Position numbers and translations under genes: made by a program. A stretch of DNA of 64,000 nucleotides from Zootoca vivipara. Its lineage: Eukaryota. Positions 25,342 through 37,510 of this stretch are shown piece by piece. The stretch's first letter is position 1. Every line of letters begins with the position of its first letter. Under the pieces are notes generated by a model. The model had not been told where the DNA came from, ran no database searches, and was given only the letters and a program-made list of their open reading frames with translations. The stretch is from NCBI RefSeq assembly GCF_963506605.1, contig NC_083276.1:73594001-73658000 (forward strand), read 5' to 3'.

Positions 25342-25516
25342 CAGGGCTGGCTCTAAGGCAAGGATGGGTGGTGCAAGGCGCCAGGGCGCTGGGCCGCCAG
25401 GGGAGCACCGCGCTGTGCCCGCCAGACAGCCGCGCTGGGAAATGGGGCGGGGGGGCGCACCGGAGGGATCTTCGCACCACGGCGCCAGGGCGCCAGATAC
25501 GCTTAATACGGCCCTG
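25342..25516. mobile_element. hAT MITE, CpG-rich
   Basis: Perfect 8-bp TSD CTGGTGCC (25334-25341, 25517-25524); ends CAGGGCTGG... / ...ACGGCCCTG; subterminal GGCGCCAGGGCGC occurs twice. Confidence 0.88.
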
Positions 25517-27234
25517 CTGGTGCCTCCACAGCCTCTGACTCCGTGTCTGCATTACTGCTAGATTCAGGGGTCATGGCACCTATCCATGTGGGATAGCAGA
25601 AATGGAGTGGCACCAAATACCTCTTTGTTGTAGCCACAGCCTTTTCCTTTTTACCACTACGACCCCTCATAGCCACTTCTGAGTTTATGCAACCTTCTAA
25701 GATTATACACTAATATTATAATTATGTAATAATAACAGTTAGGGATGCATTGCAGCAATCAATGCACATCTCCATGTGTTGCCTCTCAGCTAGCTTTACT
25801 ATTTTCTGTGCATGCACTCCTGAAAACAGTCACAGCATGGGGGACAGGGCACCACTCCCGGGTCGCCCTTCTAGGATAGTGTGGGGCAGGGCAGCAGGAA
25901 GGGCGAGGGAACACTGAATTGGTGGGAAGGGGTGCAGGTGTGCATATATATGTGCTCACTACCAGCAACCTCATGCTTCCACCACCATGCTCTGCACTGT
26001 CGTATCCTGGTGGCGGTGCCACTGCAGCAGAGAGGGCAGCACAATAAGCACTCCCTCGCGCACAAACTGTGAGTGCCTGCCTAAACGGCAACATCTGAAT
26101 TTGGAGCATGTCAGTGTTTAAGGGCTCTTCATCCTGAGACTAATTTGCCTTTTGTAACATTTGGCTAAGTGAGTAGGGTTTGAAGTGGTTTTAATTTGAT
26201 GATAGAACAGAACTCCGGGAGTGTGGCATCCCTGAAATTAGTGGCCAAGCTGACATTCTCAGCAAGCAATTATTGCCCCTCCATTAAAAAAGTGACCTTG
26301 GCTCAATCCAAAGTTCTAATCAGCCCGCAAAAGGCTCAACTTCGCCCTACTTAATTCTTCAAACCATCCGCTCCTGACTTATTTTACAGCCAATATTTTT
26401 CAACGAAGATTTCCAAGATTTCTTTTCCTGCTCTTTTAACTGCCCTTTGAAAAAGAGTGTTATCCATCCAGATGTTCAAGAGGGGGAGGAAAATACTGGA
26501 GCTCTCCAAGATGCTCTAGCAAATCTTCTGCTTTCTCCATCAGATGCTTCCCACTCCTCTCACTCTGCAGCTGAGTAGCTGTGCAAAGACCGCCAAGATA
26601 GCAAGGCTGGGTAGATAAGGAGTCCAGTGCAGCTGGGTGGGGGAGAAACAAGTATATGGAGGGTGCTGGAGACAACGGTGAGATGTGTCCCCATTTCTTC
26701 TAGAATAAATTCTAGCAAGTTTTTAAGAATCAATAAAATGCATTCAACTGTATGTGAATTCAGCAAACCCCAGAGCTTCCCCACACACATTGCATGTAAG
26801 AAAAGAGTTACATTTAACTAAACAGATTGACAACAGGGTACATAAGTTACCGAAAAGAATTGTTGGATGCTGACCTGAACACTTTTTGCCCCTAAAGAGG
26901 ACATTCTTCTCCGTGTGCTTCTTCCAGCACTATTTTTGCAAGATCGGAATGCGCATTCATTTATTGGTTAAGTTTCACAGCCTGCCCTTCAATCAGATTG
27001 TCAAAGCAGCTTACAACAAAATATTTTAAAGTTGCCACAAAATAAGTTAAACCAGCACATCTCTAAAAGTGGTGTAAAATACAGTTCAGAACAAAACAGA
27101 TAGTCAAAAGTTTGAAAATATGAGGAAGTAAACCTGGTGGTAGAAGGAGATACTTGGTGAGATTGTTTCATAGCCAGGGCAGAATCACTGAAAAAGCCAC
27201 CCCCCCCCCCAAAAAAAGCAAACATTGGCCTATC

Positions 27235-27473
27235 TAACTTCAAGAAAGAAGATTCCACCTAAACATTAGGAAGAACTTCCTGACAGTAAGAGCTGTTCGG
27301 CAGTGGAATTTGCTACCAAGGAGTGTGGTGGAGTCTCCTTCTTTGGAGGTCTTTAAGCAGAGGCTAGACAGCCATCTGTCAAGAATGCTTTGATGGTGTT
27401 TCCTGCTTGGCAGGGGGTTGGACTGGATGGCCCTTGTGGTCTCTTCCAACTCTATGATTCTATGATTCTATGA
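27235..27473 (+). mobile_element. CR1 LINE 3' end, same subfamily as 16143-16866
   Basis: Near-identical reverse complement of ~16175-16385; (TTCTATGA)n tail. Confidence 0.93.
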
Positions 27474-28662
27474 TCTATGCATTTGTCAGTGTGATGCCTT
27501 CCAGATTTTGCTGAACCACAGCTCTCATCAACCCCACCAAGCATGGCCACTGACCAGAATTATGGGAGTTGTAGTTCAGCAAAATCTGGAGGGTCACGTG
27601 CTTCCCATTCCTGGTGCAATGGCTCCTTGTCCACTTCTGATTCCTGGTCAGAACACTGCTGGAAGGCTTGAAGAGTGACCTTGCTGGAGATGCTCCAGCT
27701 GTGGATTTCCTACATTGAGCCTCAGCGATTGTAACTAGATGCCCTGCGTGGGCCCCTCTAACATCATAATTTTTATTCTATGCCCTGTGCAAATCAAGTG
27801 AGAAGAACCCATTCTGTTTCAGAGGGCAGAATTCAGCACAGTGGAATCCCTGTGCAAGGAACTTCTCTTCAGCAATGGGGCTTTCCTCACTGTCCTCCCC
27901 CTGCCCCTCCATCACATGAGGGAAGGAGAGGGGGACAATATCAAAATGTTTGTGCTGACAGAATGATCAAAAAGAGCACAACACTGACATCTTCCCACTG
28001 CAGATCTATTTGCATTCCCAATAGACCTGTATGCATACTTTGGAATGATTCCCACTGAATTCAACAGGATGTATTTTTTGCACTGAAGCTACATCAGCTA
28101 AGGCTTTTTAAAAACAATTATTGGGTATTTCCTATAGCACAGACAGTCAGAAGGTAAGTAGATCAGAACCTACTCGTAGGTATATGGATGGTGTGCTATT
28201 GTTTAACAATAGCAACAACTAACAGACTTATTCAAAAAAGATTGGGCTGCTGAAACGAGGCTAGCTTGAGGGAAAATGAGGAGTTGATTTCTGGTTGAAA
28301 GGACACCGAGAACTCAGTTCTGGGCCTAAGTACAAATGCCTGGCCTGGATGCCTGCTCAGGGGCATCCTGCTCTTTAATTCCAGATGGTGTTTCTGCCCT
28401 CTGAGACACTATTTTGCACTTGACTCCAGTGAGTAGATCTGAGGGAATCCAGAGAAAGACAAAGTAGATTCCCACAATCCTGAAGACTGCTTACCACTGT
28501 CCTATAGTATAGAGAGTGCATGAGGAACGGATACTAAAGTAGAGCAACTCAGATGCCTAATAGCTATTGGATAGTCCTACACTACAGAAACCTGACTTAG
28601 CACTCATCTAGACTGGTAAAGAAAAAAACGATTTATATGTGTTGTATGTGCGATATAACATG

Positions 28663-28681
28663 GTGCCACCAGGTGGCGGTG
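28663..28681 (+). promoter_or_regulatory. Candidate CTCF binding site
   Basis: GTGCCACCAGGTGGCGGTG matches the CCASYAGRKGGCR core, in non-repetitive context. Confidence 0.55.
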
Positions 28682-28778
28682 TGGAGCCCTGCTTTTCTCT
28701 ACCTGTTTTCCCTGTTTAACTTTACAACGCTTTAAACCGAAACACTTCTTGGATGGCTTTTAAAGCCATCTAGGCTAG

Positions 28779-28822
28779 TGTCATGACTGGACCTAATAGT
28801 CAGGGGTCCCTTTACCCTTTTA
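28779..28822 (+). mobile_element. Sauria SINE 3' tip
   Basis: GTCATGACTGGACCTAATAGTCAGGGGTCCCTTTACCTTT matches the end of 39919-40270. Confidence 0.85.
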
Positions 28823-29828
28823 AGCGAGTGGTTGCCACATGACTTTGCCCAAATGCCTTTCATCATATTTGGCCTGGAAGCTGAAGTTAAGAAGGGTCAA
28901 AATATCGGTTTCAAGCAGAGTAAAAAAATACGACATGCCAGCATCCCTTGTCAATTCTCAGTACTTTGATGGCCAGTGAAATCTCAAAAAGAGCAGTTGA
29001 CTGTAAAAGGTTGTGGTGCATGTGCGTGCGTGCGTGGAATTAACTGTACTTGGCCACTTTGGAAAGAAAGCTCAAATTCAATCTCTTCAAATGCTGTCAA
29101 TACTTGATAATACAGAAGTTGACTGGCGGGGTCCTTCTGTCACTACCCATTTCCACTGCAAATAAATGTAGTAAAATGGGGGGGGGACTTAGCCATTAAT
29201 TAGGACTGGCAGCAGTGAGAAGCATGGCTGGTTTCTCTATTTGCAAACTTAGCCACCTCTCTTGTTGTTCAGTGACTGTATTAGAGGTGGCAAGGTGAGG
29301 CTTGCTAATGCCCCTTCAGAAGTTAATAAGCCAGTGGAGCACAGCGTCCTAGGTTGGTCAGTATCAGTCCTGTAATTTTAGAAGATTTCACTGCCCTTTT
29401 TAGCAGTGCTGTAAGATATCTGCAGAAAGAATCATAAAAAAAATACAAACAGAGCCTGTGTGTTAGAAACAACTGGACCATAAAGGAGGATTTTGGGGTA
29501 GGAAGGAAACCAAAGGTATTAGAGCTGCGGAGTTTAAAGCACTCTAGCAGCCTCTGTTCTAGTCAGCAACACTTGTACTTTATAACACTTGTACTTTATA
29601 ATTTAAAAAAACCCTGTTGAACCTGAACTGCTACATCACAGCAGATTAAAATTTGGATACTTTTAATTTAACTTACAAAACTCTCCCTGATCCATACAGC
29701 ACATATTCCAGAAGGCACCCCATATTCCCCCAGGAAAAAATGGTTTAAAGGACAATGTGCACTTCATGGTTTCTATAAAAGACTGTAAGGAGAAAATTTG
29801 GTAAAATAGGTTCAACACCTGGGGTTAT

Positions 29829-30054
29829 TCCTGCCAACCTAGCAGTTTGAAAGCATGCCAAAGTGCAAGTAGATAAATAGGTACCGCTACAGCAGGAAGG
29901 TAAACGGCGTTTCCGTGCGCTGCTCTGGTTCGCCAGAAGCGGCTTTGTCATACTGGCCACATGACCTGGAAGCTGTAAGCCGGCTCCCTCAACCAATAAC
30001 GCAAGATGAGCGCCGCAACCCCAGAGTTGGTCAGGGATCCCTTTACCTTTACTT
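29829..30054 (+). mobile_element. Sauria (Squam1) SINE, 5'-truncated
   Basis: Colinear with 40029-40270; probable 12-bp TSD ACCTG(G/T)GGTTAT (29817-29828, 30055-30066); short deletion between two GGTCA repeats near the 3' end. Confidence 0.92.
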
Positions 30055-32829
30055 ACCTGTGGTTATAACAGAGCAGAATGAAAATGCATGGAATAGATAT
30101 GCTGCTAAGCATAATATAAACCTCTTGTCAGCAGCTAGTTTTCCAATTGGGACATTTAAAGGAGGGAGTAAGGAATGGTGGCAAAGCAGAGATAGTGGCA
30201 AAGCTCTTAAAATGCACTGCCCACTAGTTCCATTGCCACAATTGCCACTCCACCCCCAAGCCTCTTTAGTTTCTAGATTAGTAACTAAACATCACTCAAG
30301 GGATGTTCAGATTTGCCAAAGTGATCTCCAGTGGGTGGCAAGGAATGCTGTTGGGAGTGTACCTTCTTTCTCAAGTGACTCCTCTGCCAAAACAAAACAA
30401 AACAAAACAGAAAAGTCCAAACAGGGCCCCTAGAAAGAACACAAAATGAGGAAAGGGGTATATTTTGCTGTAGGAGATTATGTCCCCAGTTTGATTCAGC
30501 ACTGGCTATTATGAACAGTGGTATTGTGTTGGAATACTCAATGCTTGCTTTTCAAGATAACGACCCAAATCCACACACTATTTCAGGCCAATTAAAATAA
30601 ATGGTCTTAAGTGCACCTAGCTCTGGGTTGGTTTGTAGCCCAATGGGTGGAACCAGCTCTTAATGAAATCAATAGGAAAATTCCCCTAAAAAAACTGAAT
30701 AAGATTGTTCACAAACCAAAGTCCTTAACAGATTGAAGTGCAGGTACAATGCACTGTGCAATGGTAAGGTATGCAGAGCTGCTGATGGTGTGATTGGACT
30801 TGTTTGTTTTTTTATAAAAATTGCTGGTTATTTTGCTTGTTAGTTTCCACAGAGTTACATCACCACTTCCTAAGTTAATGCCTCTTCATCTTAAAAGGTA
30901 CCTTGTTAGGACTCCTGACCATGCCACTCCATTCTTCTCCTCCACACCCATGAGATAATATCAGCAGGCTTTGTTTCCAGTTTTGAATCACCAAATTGTT
31001 CTGTTGCCTTAAGTGGCTAAAATTGAGGAGACAATATCTGAGCCAGAATTCGACACATGAGGCATCTTAGAAAGGGCAAACTAATGGATGCACCCACAGA
31101 CTAATCGACGGGGACATGGCAATTGGTGATTGGCTTGCGCATGTGCAAATCATCACATGAAAAATTAGCGAAGGGAAATTATGCTTATTTATTAAATTTT
31201 AGACCACCCTTCATCAGAAAACCTCAGGGTGGTTTGCTGCATACAGAAGCAACATTGTACCATGCATGGTCCTCTTAAACATACTTATCATAAGAGTTTG
31301 TACAACGACGCCTGAAGATTAACTCAGCCATGATACTGTAATGTTGCCTCCTGTATTATTCCATAGTTTAATAATGTTCTGTGTGAAGAAGCACTTGCTT
31401 CAGTCTGTTTTTAACTTACAAACCCATTGACAAGACTAAGATTCTAAAGACAATTGCCATGATCCAGCATTCTACACTACAGTCCTGTACATGTGTGTGA
31501 AATGTTCCCATTCATTCTTGTGGGTGCGGCCAATACATGAGCACTAAAAAAGAAAAGAAAAAAGCACACACACAGCTTTATTCCCAAGAAGCAGGGAAGA
31601 TGTATAAGGGAGTGAGATATTTTTTTTTCCTGCGTACACTGAAGCTCCCCCATCCCTTCATAAGGTTTGGATGTATGTTTAAATTCATGAAGTCTAAAGT
31701 CCATACGAGACCTTTCATAAAAGCCATGCTTCCTTTTGAACTGATGCTTGTTGCTGCGTATTGGGAAGTGAGGAGGGGTAGAAATGTTTTTGATGATTCA
31801 TTGACCTCCAGATGCCAAGCTACCCAAACACTTGTCGGGTTTAGCTACGCAAGTTGCAACTGGTCAGCCCCACCTTTTCAGCAAAGTCAAGTGGACATTT
31901 CTGGAGAATATCTGTGGTGTGAGAAATAACTGCACACTGTCCATATCAGCTGCTTTGGCATATCTTGAGAGATATGCAGGTGCTTAGATAGTAGATGCAA
32001 ACACATTTTCACTGAGGTCAGCATTCCCAAGCTAATGGAGGTCTGTCTGTGGAGGGGGAAAGCCTCTTGCTCTCCAGTTTCCCCTAGGAAAATATATTAT
32101 TATTATTATTATTATTTAAAAAATATATTGGCTAAGCTCTTTCCTCAGAACTTTGTTTATGGGGGATGATTGCAAAGCAAGAGAAACAGGACTGGTTCTG
32201 AACAGTGTAAGGGGGGTTGGGTGGGGAATCACACCTCACCACTTTGACTCATCTGAAGACTTGAACTGAGCCCAAACTAAATAGCTCCAGAGGCCCCCTT
32301 GGACTTTACAGCCTTAAAAGGTTAATACAAGTTTGGAAGTGCCCTGATAAACATCTGAAGTACCTGTACACTTGGAAAGAATGAAGCCTGTTTTTCAGAT
32401 ACCTGCTCAAATTTGGCATGCTTAGAGAGAGAAAAAAAACCATGCGTCAATCTATAAACACAGGGCAACACTGATACAGCACAGATATCAGGGAGAAAAA
32501 TAAATATAGGAACATAAAAGAATGATGTTTTCTGTTCTCGTTGAACTTTATCCTCAGTTTTATAGGGGCCTGAAAAGGCTATCAAAAGAATAGCAAAAAT
32601 ACATTGTATGTTGACTAACACATTATCAAGATCAATGACCCACTCTGGCATGGGGATTTTGACCTGTGCAATTTTAGGTGTTCGTATCTAGGAGGCTTTT
32701 TTTCACACAGTAGTGTCACCATTGCTGATGATTCTTTATTCCACACCTTCTTGGAGACACCCAAAGCCTATTGGCACCTGAGCTGCAAACCACAATAGGG
32801 TTCAGCAAACTCCCATGTCATGTATTTTG

Positions 32830-33355
32830 TAGTCCCGCTTGGACTACTGCAATGCGCTCTACGTGGGGCTACCTTTGAAGGTGACCCAGAAACTGCAATT
32901 AATCCAGAATGCAGCAGCCAGACTGGTGACTGGGAGCGGCCACCGGGACCACATAACACCAGTCCTGAGAGATCTACATTGGCTGCCAGTACGTTTCCAA
33001 GCACAATTCAGGCCTTGGTCCGTATACCTGAAGCAGAGTCTCCACCCCCATTGTTCAGCCCAGGCACTGAGATCCAGAGCCGAGGGCCTTCTGGCGGTTC
33101 CCTCACTGCAAGAAGCAAAGCTACAGGGAACCAGGCAGAGGGCCTTCTTGGTAGTGGCACCCGCCCTGTGGAACGCCTTCCCATCAGAGGTCAGAGAGAT
33201 AAACAACTACCTGACATTTAGAAAATACCTAAAGGCAGCCCTGTTTAGGGAAGTTTTTAATCTGTGATATTTTAATGTATTTTAATGTGTGTTGGAAGCC
33301 ACCCAGAGTGGCCGGGGGGGGGGGGACGGGACCCGGCCAGATGGGCGGGGTATAA

Positions 33356-33406
<51 letters not shown>

Positions 33407-33418
33407 TACTACTACTAT
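32830..33418 (+). mobile_element. L2 LINE 3' fragment: ORF2 C-terminus, 3' UTR and (ATT)n tail
   Basis: ORF 32839-33267 contains DYCNALYVGLP, LQLIQNAAARLVTG, HITPVLRDLHWLP and APALWN, typical of L2-clade ORF2. Confidence 0.93.
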
Positions 33419-34548
33419 CATATTACATAAGAAGTTGCTTGCTCGATCAAGCCAAAAGCCTGTTAAGTCTAGCATCTTCTTCCTACAGCAGCAAGCTAGA
33501 TGTCTACAGGAAGTCTACAAGCAGGGTATGCTGCAGTTGAAGCAAGCGGGTGTTTTCTGGCTCTCCGCATGTTTTATTTTTCCTTACATGATCTGTGAAT
33601 GACATTGTATCTTGCCTTTCCTCCCAGTAGCTAAGTGCTGTATCCTGTGTGCTGTATCCTTCTTTATCTTTGCAACAGCTCTGCAAGGTAGGCTAGGCTG
33701 AGTAGATATATGTACATAACCAGCATCTCTTGCCCATAGCTTGGTGGGGGGATGCAGGAACCCAATTCACATACAGGTACTGGACCCAGGCAATCCTGCT
33801 GGCATTCCCAGTCTCTCTCCTCAGCCATTCCACTGAGCCATTCCATCTGAGGGGGAAATGAGGTGAAACAGCCATTTGGCTCCTGCCCTCTCAGAAGGGC
33901 AGTCTCTTACAGTGACTGACCCTTTAGTGCCTATGGGAAGTCTGCAAGCAGTACAAGGTTGCGCAAACAATAATAGCACTACTATAGCCAATTGCCTGCC
34001 CCCCACAGGCCTTGGAAGCCACTTGCCAATGTCACTAAAGCCTAGCTAAACAAAGTCTGTTCCAATATTTGAAAGAGTTTTCACCCCTTTAAGAACCATA
34101 TCTTTCAAATCTGGAATATTCTTGGCCACTATGGTGTTCAGTAGTAAAAGAATACAATAAAGTGAGATCCTCACAGTGGAGGCATAATAAGTCTTTTTAG
34201 TCCAACTCTTGATCATCTCCTTTTCCCCACCCCCACCCAATTTTTGTTTTAACCCCCCCCAAAAAAAACACCCTCAAAGGCTATCATAGTCTATTGGACT
34301 TTGTATTTGTCTGTGTATTTTGGGCGGCAGAGTTGTGTTGTCATTGTGGCTTAAAATCAAAAAGAGCATGACAGAAAAATAGACCTCAGACACAGATGAG
34401 ACTAAAGGAAAACAGCTCTAGCTACCCTCAGGTACTGTTGTGGTGTGTGGCTCTCTGGTAGGAAGCATCACGGGACACTCTTGGGCTCAGGTCACACAAG
34501 CAGAAAACTGAAAATGGGTGTCATCGTGAGACTGGGATAGACTTATAT

Positions 34549-35189
34549 CAGACCCTGCAAGCGTCCCTATTTTCCAGGAATGTCCCTGATATAGAGAAGC
34601 CATCCCAGTTTCTGATTTGATCCCAGAATGCCCCACTTTTCCTTAGGATGTCCTTATCTTCACTGGGCAAATGTTAGAGGCTATGGAGTTATCCAACCTC
34701 TGAGCTGTCTGAAGGCAATCCTGTATAGCAGGGGTGGCCACTGGCCAACTCCCAAGAGACTGCAATCTACTTACAGAGTTAAAACCTGGCAGTGATCTAC
34801 CCCCTTTTTGGGGGTTCAAGTCAAAGTTGTTGAGCTTTTTTAGGGAGGGGAAAATCCCCATTTTGGTGGGGTGCAGGGCAAAAAAAATGAGCTTTTTTTA
34901 AGGGGAGCCAAAGTTGTTGAGTTCTTTGGGGGAAGTCAGTGATCTATCAGTGATTGACCACAGACGTCCAGTGATCTACTGGTAGATCAGGATCTACCTG
35001 TTGGACATGCCTGCTGTATATGGAAGGTTTTTTCACGTTTAATGTTTTATTATGTCTTTATATATGTTGGTAGCTGCTTGGAGTGGCTGAGGTAACCCAG
35101 TAAGATGTGTGGGGTATATATACTGTAGTAAAATTATCATTATGGAATGGGACATCCCTATTTTCATCAGAGAAATGTTAGAGGGTATG
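34549..35189. mobile_element. Composite hAT (Blackjack-like) non-autonomous element with duplicated right end and internal L2 tail
   Basis: Left end CAGACCCTGCAA; right end ...AAATGTTAGAGG(C/G)TATG present twice (34646-34685 and 35150-35189, 30/40 identical); flanks TTATATCA / TTATCTCA. Confidence 0.65.
34729..35013. mobile_element. hAT (Charlie/Buster-like) MITE nested in the composite element
   Basis: Ends CAGGGGTGGCCA / TGGACATGCCTG; TSD CTGTATAG (34721-34728) / CTGTATAT (35014-35021). Confidence 0.85.
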
Positions 35190-35479
35190 TTATCTCATCT
35201 TTGAATCTCTCTTATTTTCTTTATGTTGACGGCTGGTCATGTTTCATGTGGAAGAGGAAGCTACAATAGAGTTTTCTCAAGTTCTCCACATCTCCAGGAG
35301 AGGTTTTTGTAATGAGCATTCTGGGCAATGTGGTATTGTAATATGAATGTAAGCCCTTATTCTTACTATCATTGTCATTATTATTACCTGCCCTTTGCCA
35401 AATGTTGCCAGGACAGGACATAGCAATGTAAAATATAGCATTAAAAGCAGTTTAAAATAAATTGCAATCACAACCCGAA

Positions 35480-35636
35480 GCTTCTGAGGGCAGTGGAACT
35501 ACCAAGAGGACCCCCTCTGCTGCTCTTAATATGCAAGAGGGTCTGTATGGAAAGAGGAGGTTCTCCGGATATTTGGAGCCCAAATCATTTAGAACTTTAA
35601 GCACTAGTGTGAGCATCTTGAATTGGGCCTGGAAAA
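35480..35636 (-). mobile_element. L2 LINE ORF2 fragment
   Basis: Translation FQAQFKMLTLVLKVLNDLGSKY...LRAAEGVLLVVP parallels the ORF at 32839-33267. Confidence 0.75.
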
Positions 35637-35749
35637 TGTACAAAAGTTTCTCCCTAGACCCACTTCCCTTTTTTGGAACTACTGTGCAACAGTGTCAGGT
35701 GGACGAACACACAAATATACAAATGAGCCCTTCTCTAGTGTTTTCACTG

Positions 35750-35784
35750 CATTCATTCATTCATTCATTCATTCATTCATTCAT
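35750..35784. repeat. (CATT)n microsatellite
   Basis: Direct observation. Confidence 0.95.
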
Positions 35785-37361
35785 TCTTGTTCTGTTTGTT
35801 GAACTCAGGGATTTTGCGCTAAACATTTTCTTCATCATTGTAAAGCAATGGGGTGAGGCAGCTCATCCCATTTTGCCACCTGAGCCGAAATGGGATTGTG
35901 CCATCTCTTGCCCACCGCCACTGTTTCCCAACTGCCCCACCACTTCTGCTGCCAGTGGAACTCGGTGAGAGGCGGCATTCTGCAAGGACTTCTTCACCCC
36001 AGGGGCAGGGAAGATGAGTGGCAACATGGCGCACCAGAACACATTCCTCTCAACGAAACAGTGGCATTGGCAGAAACAGTGGGGTGGACAGAGTACCACC
36101 TCTTGCACTTCCACTGCCTGAGGCAGCTGCTTCACCCCACCTAATGGGGTGTGCTCATTTACCTTCACTTGGAACCTGTTTTTAAAATACTTCTCACTGG
36201 GCACAAAAGTATGCAACCCATTGAATATGGAGCATAATTGGCTGTCTGAGGAGGGCTAGTTCTCCTCTCTCATGGCTTTGTTCCACAATGTTCCAGTAAT
36301 ATAGGAATACAGAAATCAAATTAGGGAAGGGGGGGGGAGAGAGAGACTGAATTGTGTTGGAAGAACCACAACCATCTCACAGACTAGGTCAGATGGTAGA
36401 GAGGGCACTGGCTCTGCATTCCTAAATTAGCAAGAAGAACATCAGATGGAGAAACAAGCAGCAGCAACCATGCCACATAAGAACAGGCCCTGATCTATTG
36501 CTCATTTAACAGAACTTTCTGAAAGCACAATGACTTTAAGAGCCTTATATGAACTTGCTCATCAGGCACCACCCAGAAAACAATTAACTTGGGCATCATG
36601 CAAATGATGGAACTCAGTAGCTAGGTAAGGAAGACAGTCTCCCCCTGCCCAAACTTGTTTCCTTAACCCACAGTGGGATATTATTCAGCCTCAAGAATGT
36701 GCCAGTGATGCCATTTCCAGGGCTGGGAAGAGAAGGTGGAGCATGACATCCTGGCTGTGGGCTCCTAAACTCCACTGGGTATATGCAAGCTGACCGAGCC
36801 ATGCTCTTTAGGACTGGGAGGAGCCAACCACAGGTAGCTCACTCTGATCCCTCAGTAGCCTCGGTCAGTACCTGTGGGAGGAGAGTGGGAGAAGAACTCA
36901 CCCTTGTGGTTGAAGGTGCTCCAGGGAAAAGTGCTGCCTTGGCTGCTGAACGACTCCAACATCCAACCGCAAAGGAGTCACAGCTAATGTTTACAACCCC
37001 ATGTGAATCTCAGCCAAAGTTTAACCACCAGGAAATCACAGGAAGAGCTGGGTAAAGAGAAAAAGAAGGGGTCCTGCCAGGAAATAAATGAGATGTTTCC
37101 TGTTGTAAGCCCCATCTAATATATATCCACTATCAAAGCCAATCTATTCTCCATTGGTAGAGTCACAGCTATACACAAACTCTCCTGAGTAAAAGGTCTT
37201 AGGTCTTCTGCTTTGACTCTAGTGAAAAGGACCATGAACTTTCCAGTGGTGATGACTGCATACCTGTGGGAAGATGATTTTTCACAGATAACAGTGTTGT
37301 TTTGGTGTGACAACACAGTGCTGCATCCAGACTGTCAACAGCCAAGCATTCTTGGCATTCA

Positions 37362-37510
37362 AGAGGACATCTGAAGGCAGCCCTGTTTAGGGAAGCTTTT
37401 AATGTTTAATAGATTATTGTATTTTAATACTTCTGTTGGAAGTCACCCAGAGTGGCTGGGGAAACCCAGCCAGATGGGCAGGGTTTAAATATGTTGTTGT
37501 TGTTGTTGTT
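37362..37510 (+). mobile_element. L2 LINE 3' end with (GTT)n tail
   Basis: CTGAAGGCAGCCCTGTTTAGGGAAGCTTTTAAT...CCCAGAGTGGCTGGGGAAACCCAGCCAGATGGG. Confidence 0.87.

Noticed and set aside
29915-30433. 172-aa ORF
   Set aside because: Starts inside a Sauria SINE and runs into unremarkable sequence; a chance ORF.
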